Source: Eledone cirrhosa (lineage: Eukaryota). From it: 64,000 nt of DNA. Positions 39,048-51,000 of this stretch are shown piece by piece. A program made the position numbers and the translations under genes. The DNA is taken from NCBI GenBank assembly GCA_964016885.1, contig OZ024761.1, positions 12,338,001 through 12,402,000 of the forward strand, in the 5' to 3' direction. Positions within the stretch are counted from its first letter, which is position 1. Every line of letters begins with the position of its first letter. The notes beneath the pieces are model-generated. The model had not been told where the DNA came from. It saw only the letters and a program-made list of their open reading frames with translations, and did not search any database.

Positions 39048-42000
39048 TTACTTCCAGAACTTTTTCAGTTTGCTTCCAAATTTCTTAAGCTTTGAGCTCA
39101 ACTTTTTAGATTTTTTCTCGTGTTTAATGGACGACGTGTCGCATTCTGAACTAGTGTAAAGAGAAACATCTTCGTATATTGACTCCGATTCCGTCTCGGT
39201 GTCATTTACAGATAATGTTGAGTCTTTGGCAGACTTAAGAAACGATACAGACGACAAGAATGAGTGATTATCCTCAAAATTCTTCGCAGCAGGATTAAAA
39301 GACGATGTGCACATGCCAGCATCCTGTAACCTCTGCACTGTTAAATTGGCCTCCGAATCATTCCTACTGCCTCCATGATAAGAAGATGTGTCAGAAGCTG
39401 CAGCAGCACCTGTCATATCGGAAGATCCTTTTGAACCATATCTGAAATGGTAATCAAGGCTGTAACAGCTTCGAGCCATTTCTCTGGACTTGTTGATCCT
39501 TCCGTATACAATAGGCTCTCGATTACGTCTCGTAACAGACTGCAATGTGTTGGATCTTTCCTTTTCTCCATTAGTTTGAGACGGGGATGTCAACATTGAC
39601 TGGTCAAACTCTTCAGTCCCATCAACACAGACAGCAGAATCCGATAGCCTCTTGGTTTTACGATAACCTGGCGTCCTCGATGTTTGCAGTGATTGAGAGG
39701 AAGCAGAATGTTTGGACTCTCGTAAATTGGTTAAAATACCAGAATCAGAACTTCCAGATTTTCGTGAGAAAACAGATTCTGTTGAACATACTTCACTGAA
39801 CTCCCGTAAATTTTGAATGCGTTGTTCAGTGCCAAAATCCTTCAAATATTCCATTTTATCATGCTCTTCAAGTTCTAATACTTCATTGTAGGTCAAATTA
39901 CTGATCCTTGAGAAATGTTTTAAGTCTCTAAACCGTTTTTGTTGGGAGTTTGATGATTTACTTGTAGACTTAACATGACTCTCTGAGTTGTCCACACCAT
40001 TTGTGTTGGTGCCTTGCTGTTGTTGTTTTTCATCGTTTACCAAAGTGACACTCCCTTCGCCACCAGATAACATATCCACACCATTTGTGTTGGTGCCTTG
40101 CTGTTGTTTTTCATCGTTTACCAAAGTGACACTCCCTTCGCCACCAGATAACATAGTGGTATCATCAGTGGAGTTGTTTCGAAGATTTGTGGCTGGTTCA
40201 GTTTCCAAACTTCCTGCCAGTCTGTTTTTTCTAGATGGTATTGGTGGTGGCTCAGTTTCGTTATGAATGGTCCTAAAGGGAGGTGGGATGGGTGGAGGAA
40301 TCCTTCTAGAACCCCTTTCGTTGGAAATGGTAGAGTGAGATGACAATGGTGGTGGCATTTCTGATTTAGATACATTGACACTGGTCAATCTGGACTCATC
40401 ACGGGCTGGAAAATAATCATCGATTGAAGAATTTGGCAAATCAGAGAGGAAGTTAGATTTTCTCATGTAAGAATCAGAAAATCTGGAAGATGATGACTGT
40501 ACAAAAGAAGAAGAATTAGTTTTACAAAATGGACGAGGAATCCTTGAAGAAACATGACTATTTAATTTGCCATTAAGGTCAACACTGTTTCGAAGTTGTT
40601 TAGAGTCCTGTACAAATGGCCGAGAAGATATTTGTTCTAGACTGCCAAAGATTGTGGGCAGTTTCGATCCTGGTCTTTCTCGTTCCACAGACGATCCACG
40701 GAAATATATTGTGAAACAATGAGATGCATCTAGTTTAGAATTATTCTCATCTTCATCGGCTTCGGCTTCTTGAGGAAGAGAATCGCTTTTACTTAAACCT
40801 GCTACATCTTCTTCCATGTTTTGAATAGTTTCAGTTATGCCGAAAGTCACAGTTTTCTGTTTCCTCAGTTCAACTGTGGCATCAGAAGACAACTCTGTTA
40901 GAGAAAGATCTTCATCTCCTGAAACAGGAGTTGATTTTGTTGTGTCACTGTAACTGGCCAAATGTTGTAGTTGTGAAACAGTTTCTTTTACTTCAATATT
41001 ATTGGCTGGTTGTTGTAAAGTTGCTTCATTATCATTGGCTAACTGCTGTACAGTTGTTACCTCATGTTTGGTCGATTTTTGTGAAGTCATTTCTACAACC
41101 TCATTCTGACTGACAGAAATTGTCTCCCTTATTACCTCAACCTGATTAGCTAGTTCTGCTGAAGTTATTTCATCCCGATTGACTAGTTCTGCTGAAGCTA
41201 TTTCATCCCGATTGGTTAGTTCCGCTAAAGTTATTTCATCCCGATTGACTAGTTCCGCTGAAGTTATTCCATCCTGATTAGCTAATTCTGCTGAAGTTAT
41301 TGCATCCCAATTGGTTAGTTCCTCTGAAGTTGTTTTAGCCTCATTGGTAAGCTGTTGTAAAGCTGTTTCTGTTACCATATCATGTTTGCATATTTGATGA
41401 TGTGACATTGTTTCTGTTACTTTAATATGATTGGCTGTAGTTGTCTCTGTTACTGCATCATGATTGGCTAAAGTTGTTTCTGTTAGTGCATCACGATTAG
41501 CTAAAGTTGTTTCTGTTAGTGCATCACGATTGGCTAAAGTTGTTTCTGTTAGTGCATCACGATTGGCTAAAGTTGTTTCTGTTACTACATCACAATTGGC
41601 TAAAGTTGTTTCTGTTACTGTATCACGATTGGCTAAAGTTGTTTCTGTTACTACATCACGATTGGCTAAAGTTGTTTCTGTTACTACATCACGATTGGCT
41701 AAAGTTGTTTCTATTACTACATCACGATTGGCTAAAGTTGTTTCTGTTACTGTATCACGATTGGCTAAAGTTGTTTCTGTTACTACATCACAATTGCCTA
41801 AAGTTGTTTCTGTTACTGTATCACGATTGGCTAAAGTTGTTTCTGTTACTACATCACGATTGGCTAAAGTTGTTTCTGTTAGTGTATCACGATTGGCTAA
41901 AGTTGTTTCTGTTACTGTATCACGATTGGCTAAAGTTGTTTCTGTTACTACATCACGATTGGCTAAAGTTGTTTCTGTTAGTGTATCACAATTGGCTAAA

Positions 42001-45000
42001 GTTGTTTCTGTTACTGTATCACGATTGGCTAAAGTTGTTTCTGTTACTGTATTACGATTGGCTAAAGTTGTTTCTGTTACTACTTCATGACTGGTTAGTT
42101 GTTGTGAAGTTGCATCATTCTGATTGGCTAAAATTATTTCTGTTACTTCATTCTGATTAGCTAAAATTGTTTCTGTTACAACATCACGATTGGCTAAAGC
42201 TGTTTCGGTTACTTCATCACGATTGGCTAAAGTTGTTTCTGTTATTGTATTCTGATTGGCTAAAGTTGTTTCAACTACTTCATCATGATTGGCTAAAGTT
42301 ATTTTTGTTCCCTTTAGATTGTGTTGTTGCTGTTGTTGCTGTAAAGTATTTTCTGTTGTCTTCTCTACGTTAACTGAGGTAACCTCGACAACTACAGACT
42401 GTTGTGAAATAGTTGTTGAGTTCTCAACCGACACACAACTAGAATAATCCACAGATTTGTCAATCTCAGTAAATTCAGCCTCGGATGTAAGCGTGGAATG
42501 AACATCTGCCCCAGACTGGACAGATGTCTCTGAGTTGGATCCGGAACCTTCCATAGCCATTTCATCCAGACCTGTGGCCTCACCATTTTCCCAAACTTCT
42601 TCAACATTCAAGGTTTCATGTCCATTTTTGTTGTTTTTGTTTTTCTTCTTTGCCTTCTTCTTTTTCTTCTTTGTGACAATGGCACCTGCCTTGCTGCATT
42701 CCTCCTCGACACCCGCTTGACTTTCTGATGGTGGGGTCAATTCTTCTGAATTACCTTCCTCCAGGACTTCAGATTGACCCAGTTCTTTATCATCGGACTG
42801 TAAGCCATCTGGTGAAATATCTGACGGCAAGGAAGAACTATCTTCAGGTGAAGATTGTTCAGAACTGAGAGTGACACCAACAACAGCATCAATTTCTGGC
42901 AGTTTCAAAACCAAACTTTCATTTCTCTCCTCAGCTTGTGTATCAGTCTTAGACAAATGAAACTCGTGTAAAATCTCGTTCTTCTGATCTCGTTCAACAA
43001 CATTGATGTCAGCCACATCACCCTTGCTACTTTTCACCACAGTTTCATCACTTACATTTATGTCACTACTTGACAAAGATGTTTCTAACAATTCCATCTT
43101 TCTGGAACTTTCTTCTGTTACAACACTTGTCTCTTGAGACAAACCATTTTCTCTTTTGACAGATTCTTCAAAAGAACTCACTTCTGATGTAGTAGTAGTA
43201 GTACTACTAGTAGTAGTTGTGGAGGATATCTCATGGGTATTAATAGAAATATTAAGATCTAATCCATCAGTTTGCAAAGTATCATCATTTTTACCATCTT
43301 TGGAATAGAACTTCACAGTCGTGTCCTTCACCACACTGACATCTTCAAAACCAACATTGCTGCTGATATTCTCAGTGTCATCTTTACTGCTGCTATCTGC
43401 AAATGTTGCATTGTTTGGTGTAGGAGATACAGTTATTTCTATAGTATTTTGATCAGAACTAACACCACATGTACCATCATTATCTTTTTTATCATGTTCC
43501 ACCATTCCAAGCCGATTGTTAATCTCACCATTTTCAGAGGGTTTGCCCTCACTGTGGAGAGTGACACAAACCTTGTCTTCTTCACAGCTCCGTATTCTCA
43601 AATAATCGAAATAATTCAGCTGTTCTTTTTCCTGTTTCTCAAGAATAGACATGGAATTCTCCTCACTTGCTTTGGTCTTCTCAAAATGTTCTACATTACT
43701 GGTGGTACTAACTGCTAAATCCAATAATTCAACAGAATTACCACCTTCACTTGTTTCTGAACCATTTATCAAAATTATCTGCTGCTTCTCAGGAGCTTCT
43801 TTCAAACTATCAGATTTTTCTACACATTCTTCTTTGTTTGACTGATCCATAAGCTTTTTCTGGGAAAGTTCTTCACATGCCAATTCAATCCGTTCAAATT
43901 CCTCAAGTTCATTGAGGTTGTCAGACTGAAGGCATGCCATTAGGTTCCCAAAACTCTCATCAGTTTTCATGAGAGTAGTTTCATATACATGCTTGCTGGA
44001 AAATTCTTCAAATTCTTTCACCTCAAAGCTTTTATTTTCAGATATTTCATTAAAGTTGGTAATAGCTTGAGATCTTTTCAATTCACTCAACAGAACTGTT
44101 TTCGATTCATCTTCCATCTCTTGGCAAGGAAGCTCTTCAGTTAGTTCTTTATCGTTTTCTACCAAGACAGCGTTATCAAGGACAGAGGGTTCTTCCTTCA
44201 GCTCAATAAGTTCTTTATCACTTTCTACCAAGACAGCGTTATCAAGGACAGAGGGTTCTTCCTTCAGCTCAATAAGTTCTTTATCACTTTCTACCAAGAC
44301 AGCGTTATCAAGGACAGAAGGTACTTCCTTCAACTCAGCATTATCAGTGATTTCAGCACCATAGTAAGAGGATATTTCATCAGCTTCAACAAGAGTCAAT
44401 TCTTTTGAGTTTTTCTCAAGATGCTCAACACACTGATCGACAGTCAATTCCATTCCTTCAAAGACTTCAACAGTTTTGTTAACATCTTCCGTTCTTTCTT
44501 CAGTTGCTTCATAAATAGTTGGCAGTGATCGATCATCATCACCGTCAACACCACCATCACGACCCTCTTCTACCATTATTTCAGTTTTCGAGGTTTCCTG
44601 GACAACATCCTCATCACGACCCTCTTCCAAAATTATTTTAGTTTCCAAGGTTTCCTGGACAACACCCTCATCACGACCCTCTTCCAAAATTATTTTAGTT
44701 TCCAAGGTTTCCTGGACAACACCCTCATCACGACCCTCTTCCAAAGTTACTTTAGTTTCCAAGGTTTCCTGGACATCACCCTCATCACGACCCTCTTCCA
44801 AAATTATTTTAGTTTCCAAGGTTTCCTGGACAACATCCTCATCACGACCCTCTTCCAAAATTATTTTAGTTTCCAAGGTTTCCTGGGAACGACCATCATC
44901 ACCACCCTCTTCTACAATTATTTCAGTTTCCGAGGTTTCCTGGACAACACCCTCATCACCACCCTCTTTTACCATTGTCTTAGTTTCCAAGGTTTCCAGG

Positions 45001-48000
45001 ACACTACCATCATCACCACCCTCTTCAACAATTAACTTAGTTTCCAAGGTTTCCTGGAGATTACTCATCCCATTAAATGAGTTCAAATCCATGGCCTCCC
45101 CCTCAGCTTCAACAAATTCATCATCATCTTCATCGTCTTCATCAATCTCCAACAATAGATCTCTCTGATAGGTGTGAAGAGTTTCCATTCTACTTCCGAT
45201 TTCTGCACGAACAATTTCCGTGTATTTACGGCGAAACATGGGAGAATTGTCGCAGAGTGTGTCTTGAAATATTTCATCGGAACTCTCAGAGATATTATCA
45301 TCAGATTCCGCTGTAATGGTTTCAACTTTGGCAGTCGGCAGGAAATTATGAAGATCTCGACTGATTATGTCAATTCGCTCTAAATAATCGCTTTCATTCA
45401 ACACAACTTTATTCTCAGAATCAACTTTGCTTGTGATTCTTTCCTCTGCATATGTTGTTATAAGCATGCCGTCAAGTGCCGAGTTATTATCCGTGGCTAT
45501 TGATTTCAGACCATCAGATGTGGATATTTCTGATGCCTCCATTGGCTCTGATGCCTCCATTGACTCTGATTTGCTTTCACTTATTCTTATTTCAGATGCT
45601 GCTACAATATTTACAAATTCAAACGAAGGTTCTGCAGTTGTTCTTACAACCAACGGAAATATCTGCGCCTCTTCTATTGCCATATCAGGCATCAACAGCA
45701 CTGCAATATTCTTCACATTTTCTGTTGTGGAATAATAGGCAGTGGCACATTCCTCCACAGCCGTTTCATTATCTGCAACTATTTCTTTAGAGGTGTCCAA
45801 AAGATCCATGTCTGTGGGTTGTTGAAGCACTTTAATACTTGTTGTTGCTGAGATGGGTTCCGTCTGAGTCAATGGTAACTCAGGCATCAACTGCTCTTCA
45901 ACAACAGACATATCAGAATGGTTTTCAATAGGAATCTTAAGGTCTTCATTGTTTGGAACGTCAACCGAAACTGCAGAGTCAACAAAAACTTCTTCAGTTA
46001 GTGTCAGAGATTTTTCCATTTCCGGAATCTGATGCTGCTCCTCGGCAGTAAAAACTTGTGCCGTCTCCATGGCACAGTGGTGGCGCTCCATTAGTTCTTC
46101 AGTGGAGGGTTCTAATTCAGATACTGCCACAGTTATTGTCTCCAGTTGGGGATATGTCCCAGTCGAGGGTCCCATCTGTGACAGCGCCGCACTTAGCTTC
46201 TCCAGTTGTGACTGTGCCTCAGTTGAGGGTCCCATCTGTGACAGTGCCACACTTAGCTTCTCCAGTTGCGACTGTGCCTCAGTTGAAGGTCCCATCTGTG
46301 ACAGTGCCATACTAAGCTTCTCCAGTTGTGACTGTGCCTCAGCTGATGGCTCCAGTTGTGGAAATGTCAAAACCGATGTCTCTAGTTGTGACTGTGCCTC
46401 AGCTGATGGCTCCAGTTGTGGAAGTGTCACAACCGATGTCTCCAGTTGTGACTGTGCCTCAGCTGATGGCTCCAGTTGTGGAAATGCTTCAGAGGATTGC
46501 TGTGACTGTGCCTCAGAAGATGGCTCCATTTGTACCAGTGTCACACTAGACTTCTCCAGCTGTGTCAGTGCCTCAACCGATGGCTCCAGTTGTGACTGTG
46601 CCTCAGAAGATTGCTGTGGTTGTGCCTCAGCAGATTGCTGTTGCTGTGCCTCAGCCGATGGGTCCAGTTGTGGCTGTGCTTCAGAAGATTGCTGTGGTTG
46701 TGCCTCAGCAGATTGCTGTTGCTGTGCCTCAGCCGATGGGTCCAGTTGTGGCTGTGCTTCAGAAGATTGCTGTGGTTGTGCCACAACCGACGACTCCATT
46801 TGTGACAGTGCCGCACTAAGCCTCTCTAATTGTGACTGTGCCTCAACCGATGGCTTTGGTTGTGGAAGTGCCACAGTTGATTGTTCCATCTGGGACAGCG
46901 CCGCAATAAGTTTCTCCAGTTGTGACTGTGGCACAGTTGATGGCTCCAGTTGTGGCTGTGGCACAGTTGATGGCTCAGGTTGTGACGGTTCCATTTGTGA
47001 CAGTGCCATTCTAAGTGCCTCTAATTCTGCTGATGCCTCTGAGGGTGACTGCGGAACGTCTGATTCCACCATAAGTGAATCCAGATCTGATGGATCCACC
47101 ACTATACGGGTCTCCAGATCTGAAAGATCCACCATTACACGTGTCTCCAGATCTGATGGTTCTACCACTACAGATGTCTCCAGATATGATGATTCAACCA
47201 CTGCAGACGTCTCCAGATCTGATGATTCAACTACTGCAGAAATCTCCAGATCTGATGGTTCTACCACTACAGATGTTTCCATATCTGAAGGTTCTACCAC
47301 TGCAGGTGTCTCCAGATCTGAAAGATCCACCATTACCCGTGTCTCCAGATCTGATGGTTCCACCATTACAGGTGTCTCCAGATCTGATGGTTCTACCACT
47401 ACAGATGTCTCCAGATATGATGATTCAACCACTGCAGACGTCTCCAGATCTGATGATTCAACTACTGCAGAAATCTCCAGATCTGATGGTTCTACCACTA
47501 CAGATGTTTCCATATCTGAAGGTTCTACCACTGCAGGTGTCTCCAGATCTGAAAGATCCACCATTACCCGTGTCTCCAGATCTGATGGTTCCACCATTAC
47601 AGGTGTCTCCAGATCTGATGGTTCTACCACTACAGATGTTTCCATATCTGAAGGTTCTACCACTGCAGGTGTCTCCAGATCTGAAAGATCCACCATTACC
47701 TGTGTCTCCAGATCTGATGGTTCCCCCATTACAGGTGTCTCTAGATCTGAAGGTTCTACCACTGCCAGTGTCTCCAGATCTGACGGTTCTATCACTGCAC
47801 GTGTCTCCAGATCTGAAAGATCCACCATTGCCAGTCTCTCCAGATCTGATGGTTCAACTACTGTAGATGTTTCCATATCTGATGGTTCTACCTCTACAGA
47901 TGTCTCCAGATCTGAAGGTTCTATCACTGCACATGTCTCCAGATATGAAAGATCTACCACTGCCAGTGTCTCCCCTACAAGTGCCTCTATTTTCGGTGGC

Positions 48001-51000
48001 TCCACTGTAGGTAGCTCAAGTTTTAATAACACTTCTCTACATAAATCCGGGTCCGTTGAATTATCTCTCAGTACATCAATCAGTGTTTCTTCTACAACAG
48101 AACAACTGTCTTTCTCCAATGTTGTTAACAAAGATATTATTTCAATCTCTGATGTCTCCAGCTTCGTTAGTCCTGAACTAGATACTTCTACCTCAGAAGT
48201 TACTGGAAAAGACATCTCCTCCAGGACAAGAGATGTTTTAGAAGATGCTTCTGTTTCTGTAGACATTACATTACAGGTTATTGTTTGTTTCGTCTGTTTA
48301 TCTACATCCTCCTCCTCCTCTTTCCTCACTGGCAATACACCAGGTGATTCTGATCTAACAGGTACAATCTGGATGATATCATCTAGCATACTTGGAACAT
48401 TATCATAGATTTCATTTTCTATGAATAGATAATCATTTGGAATTTCTGCTTCAACGTTATCAAATTCCTCACATTCTACAAGAGGGGTAACATTTTCAGT
48501 CTTCAACCTATCTTCACAGGTGTCAAATTGCTCTGCAATTGAATCTGTCGTGTCTCCCATATTTCCAGAATCCTCCACAATATCTATGATCTTGGTTTCA
48601 TGGATCAACTCATCTTTTACTACTGTTATTTTCTTCTTAAACCATTTACCATAGCTTATCCCTTGGCTCAAGCAATCATCATCATCAGACTGATTCAACT
48701 GTGCTAGTACATCAGCTGAATATGTCTTTACCAAAACATCCTGTAACATACTCTCAATTGTTGGACCCTCAATCTTGGCAGAGTCTTCATCCAATGATGA
48801 TTTCATTAGTTTTAATTCCTTCTCCAAGTCATCAAATGTACCCATTATCCCAGATAACTCATATGTTTCTTGCTTGCTCTCCTCACTTTCAAGTTTCAAA
48901 CCCTTCTCTTTGTCAAGCTGTTCATCACTTTTAATCATATTGTCTTCTAACTCACAAGAAACAGGCTCCACATCCAAGTGTTTCTCTGTTGCATCACTTT
49001 CTTCTGGTTTGGCCACAAAATCTTCTGTTTTCTCTGAATTAGGGTGTTCCTCCAGATGTGATATCAGAACCTCATTAGATATTTCTTCAGGCTTCTCTTC
49101 TGATTGGCATAATTGAATTTGTGCTGAAGAAACTTCAGTGTCACCTAACACAGACACAATTTCTTTATCAGTGTCGGTGACTCCAAATGTTACATCTATA
49201 TTATTAGTGTTGGTAACTCCAGATGTATCTTGTTCCACAACTTCTCTATCAGTGTTGGTCACTCCAGATGTTATATCTATATTCTTAATGTTAGTTATAG
49301 AGATAAATGTATCTTGTTCCACAACTTCTCTGTCAGTGTTGGTCACTCCAGATGTTATATCTATATTATTAGTGTTGGTAACTCCAGATGTATCTTGTTC
49401 CACAACTTCTCTGTCAGTATTGGTCACTCCAGATGTCACATCTATATTCTCAATGTTAGTTACAGAGCCAGATGTATCTTGTTCCACGACTTCTCTATCA
49501 GTGTTGGTCACTCCAGATGTCACATCTATATTTTCAGTGTTAGTTACAGAGCCAGATGTATCTTGTTCCACGACTTCTCTATCAGTGTTGGTCACTCCAG
49601 ATGTCACATCTATATTTTCAGTGTTAGTTACAGAGCCAGATGTATCTTGTTCCACGACTTCTCTATCAAGTTTGGTCACTCCAGATGTCACATCTATATT
49701 TTCAGTGTTAGTTACAGAGACAGATGTATCTTGCTCCCTATTGTTTTCATCTGTTAAGGAATCATTAAGGGGACACTCAGAAAGTAAGGAATGTTCTGTG
49801 TTTACCAAAGACAAGACAACAGATGAAGATATCAACTTGTCTGCAGTTAAAGATGTATGTTCATTCAGTTCACTCTGTTGTGGAGGTTTTGTACAAGAAA
49901 TAATGAGAACAGTTTCTGATTTGTGTGTTGTTTCTTCTTGACTCTCTTCAACATCTACTTCTTGTTTTTCCATTTCTCTGCAAGAAGGTTCTAAAGTTAT
50001 TGAGATATTTGATGAAGTCACATGATCTTCAGCATCTTTTACCAAACCATCTGTTGGTTGTTGCTCTTTAGTCACTTCTTCCTCACTTGCTTCAGCATTG
50101 CTTGGTTCCTTTTCCCTCAAAACAGAAGTTTGAAGTATCGTGAATTCTGTAGCTTTTGTAGATGTAACTTCAATTGTAGCTTCACTGAAAGCAGACTTAT
50201 CTTCACAAGGTTCTTCTTGGGGTAACTTTTCGTTGATATTTACTTCAGGCAAGATTCCTCTGTTAGTCATATCAACATCATCACCAATATTTGGTTTTTC
50301 TTCTGGAATTGATTTATCTTTTATTGCTGTTTCTTGCACAGAACTTTCATTGGTTTCAGATAAATTCAGAACAGTTTCGAACTTCGCCGTACCTTTTGCT
50401 TTCTCTTCCTCCTGCACACTACCAATCAATCTGTTCAGATTGGATGTAACCAATGGCTTCACCACCATGGCACTGGCTTTAACAAGATCCATTGGCAAAT
50501 CTGGAAGTTCTTCCTTGCTGACAAATTTATTATCTCCAATTTTCATTAATCTTTCTAAAATAACCTCTTTTTCATCACCGACATTCATGTGATCAGCCAG
50601 TGGCTTCTGGGTAGGTTTTGTGCTTTGATTGGCAGATGAAACCAACTTTATACCTGGGGCAGTTGGTTTCTCAGTTGGCTCACAAATTGTAGATTGATGC
50701 TGCGGAATTGTGCTTTGATTGACTGGTGGACGCAACTTTCTACTTGGAGAAGTTGCCTCAAGCTGAGGTGTTGTGCTTTGATTGACTGGTGAACGCAACT
50801 TTCTACTTGGAGAAGTTGCCTCAAGCTGAGGTGTTGTGCTTTGATTGACTGGTGAACGCAACTTTCTACTTGGAGAAGTTGCCTCAAGCTGAGGTGTTGT
50901 GCTTTGATTGACTGGTGAACGCAACTTTCTACTTGGGGCAGCTGATTTCTCAGTTGCCTCACAAATGGTAGATTGAAGCTGTTTTGACACATCTGTAACA

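Noticed and set aside
46069-48408. 779-aa plus-strand ORF, Cys-rich (metallothionein/keratin-associated-like), and other plus-strand ORFs in 39500-53700
   Set aside because: Antisense shadows of the repeat blocks of the giant minus-strand ORF.
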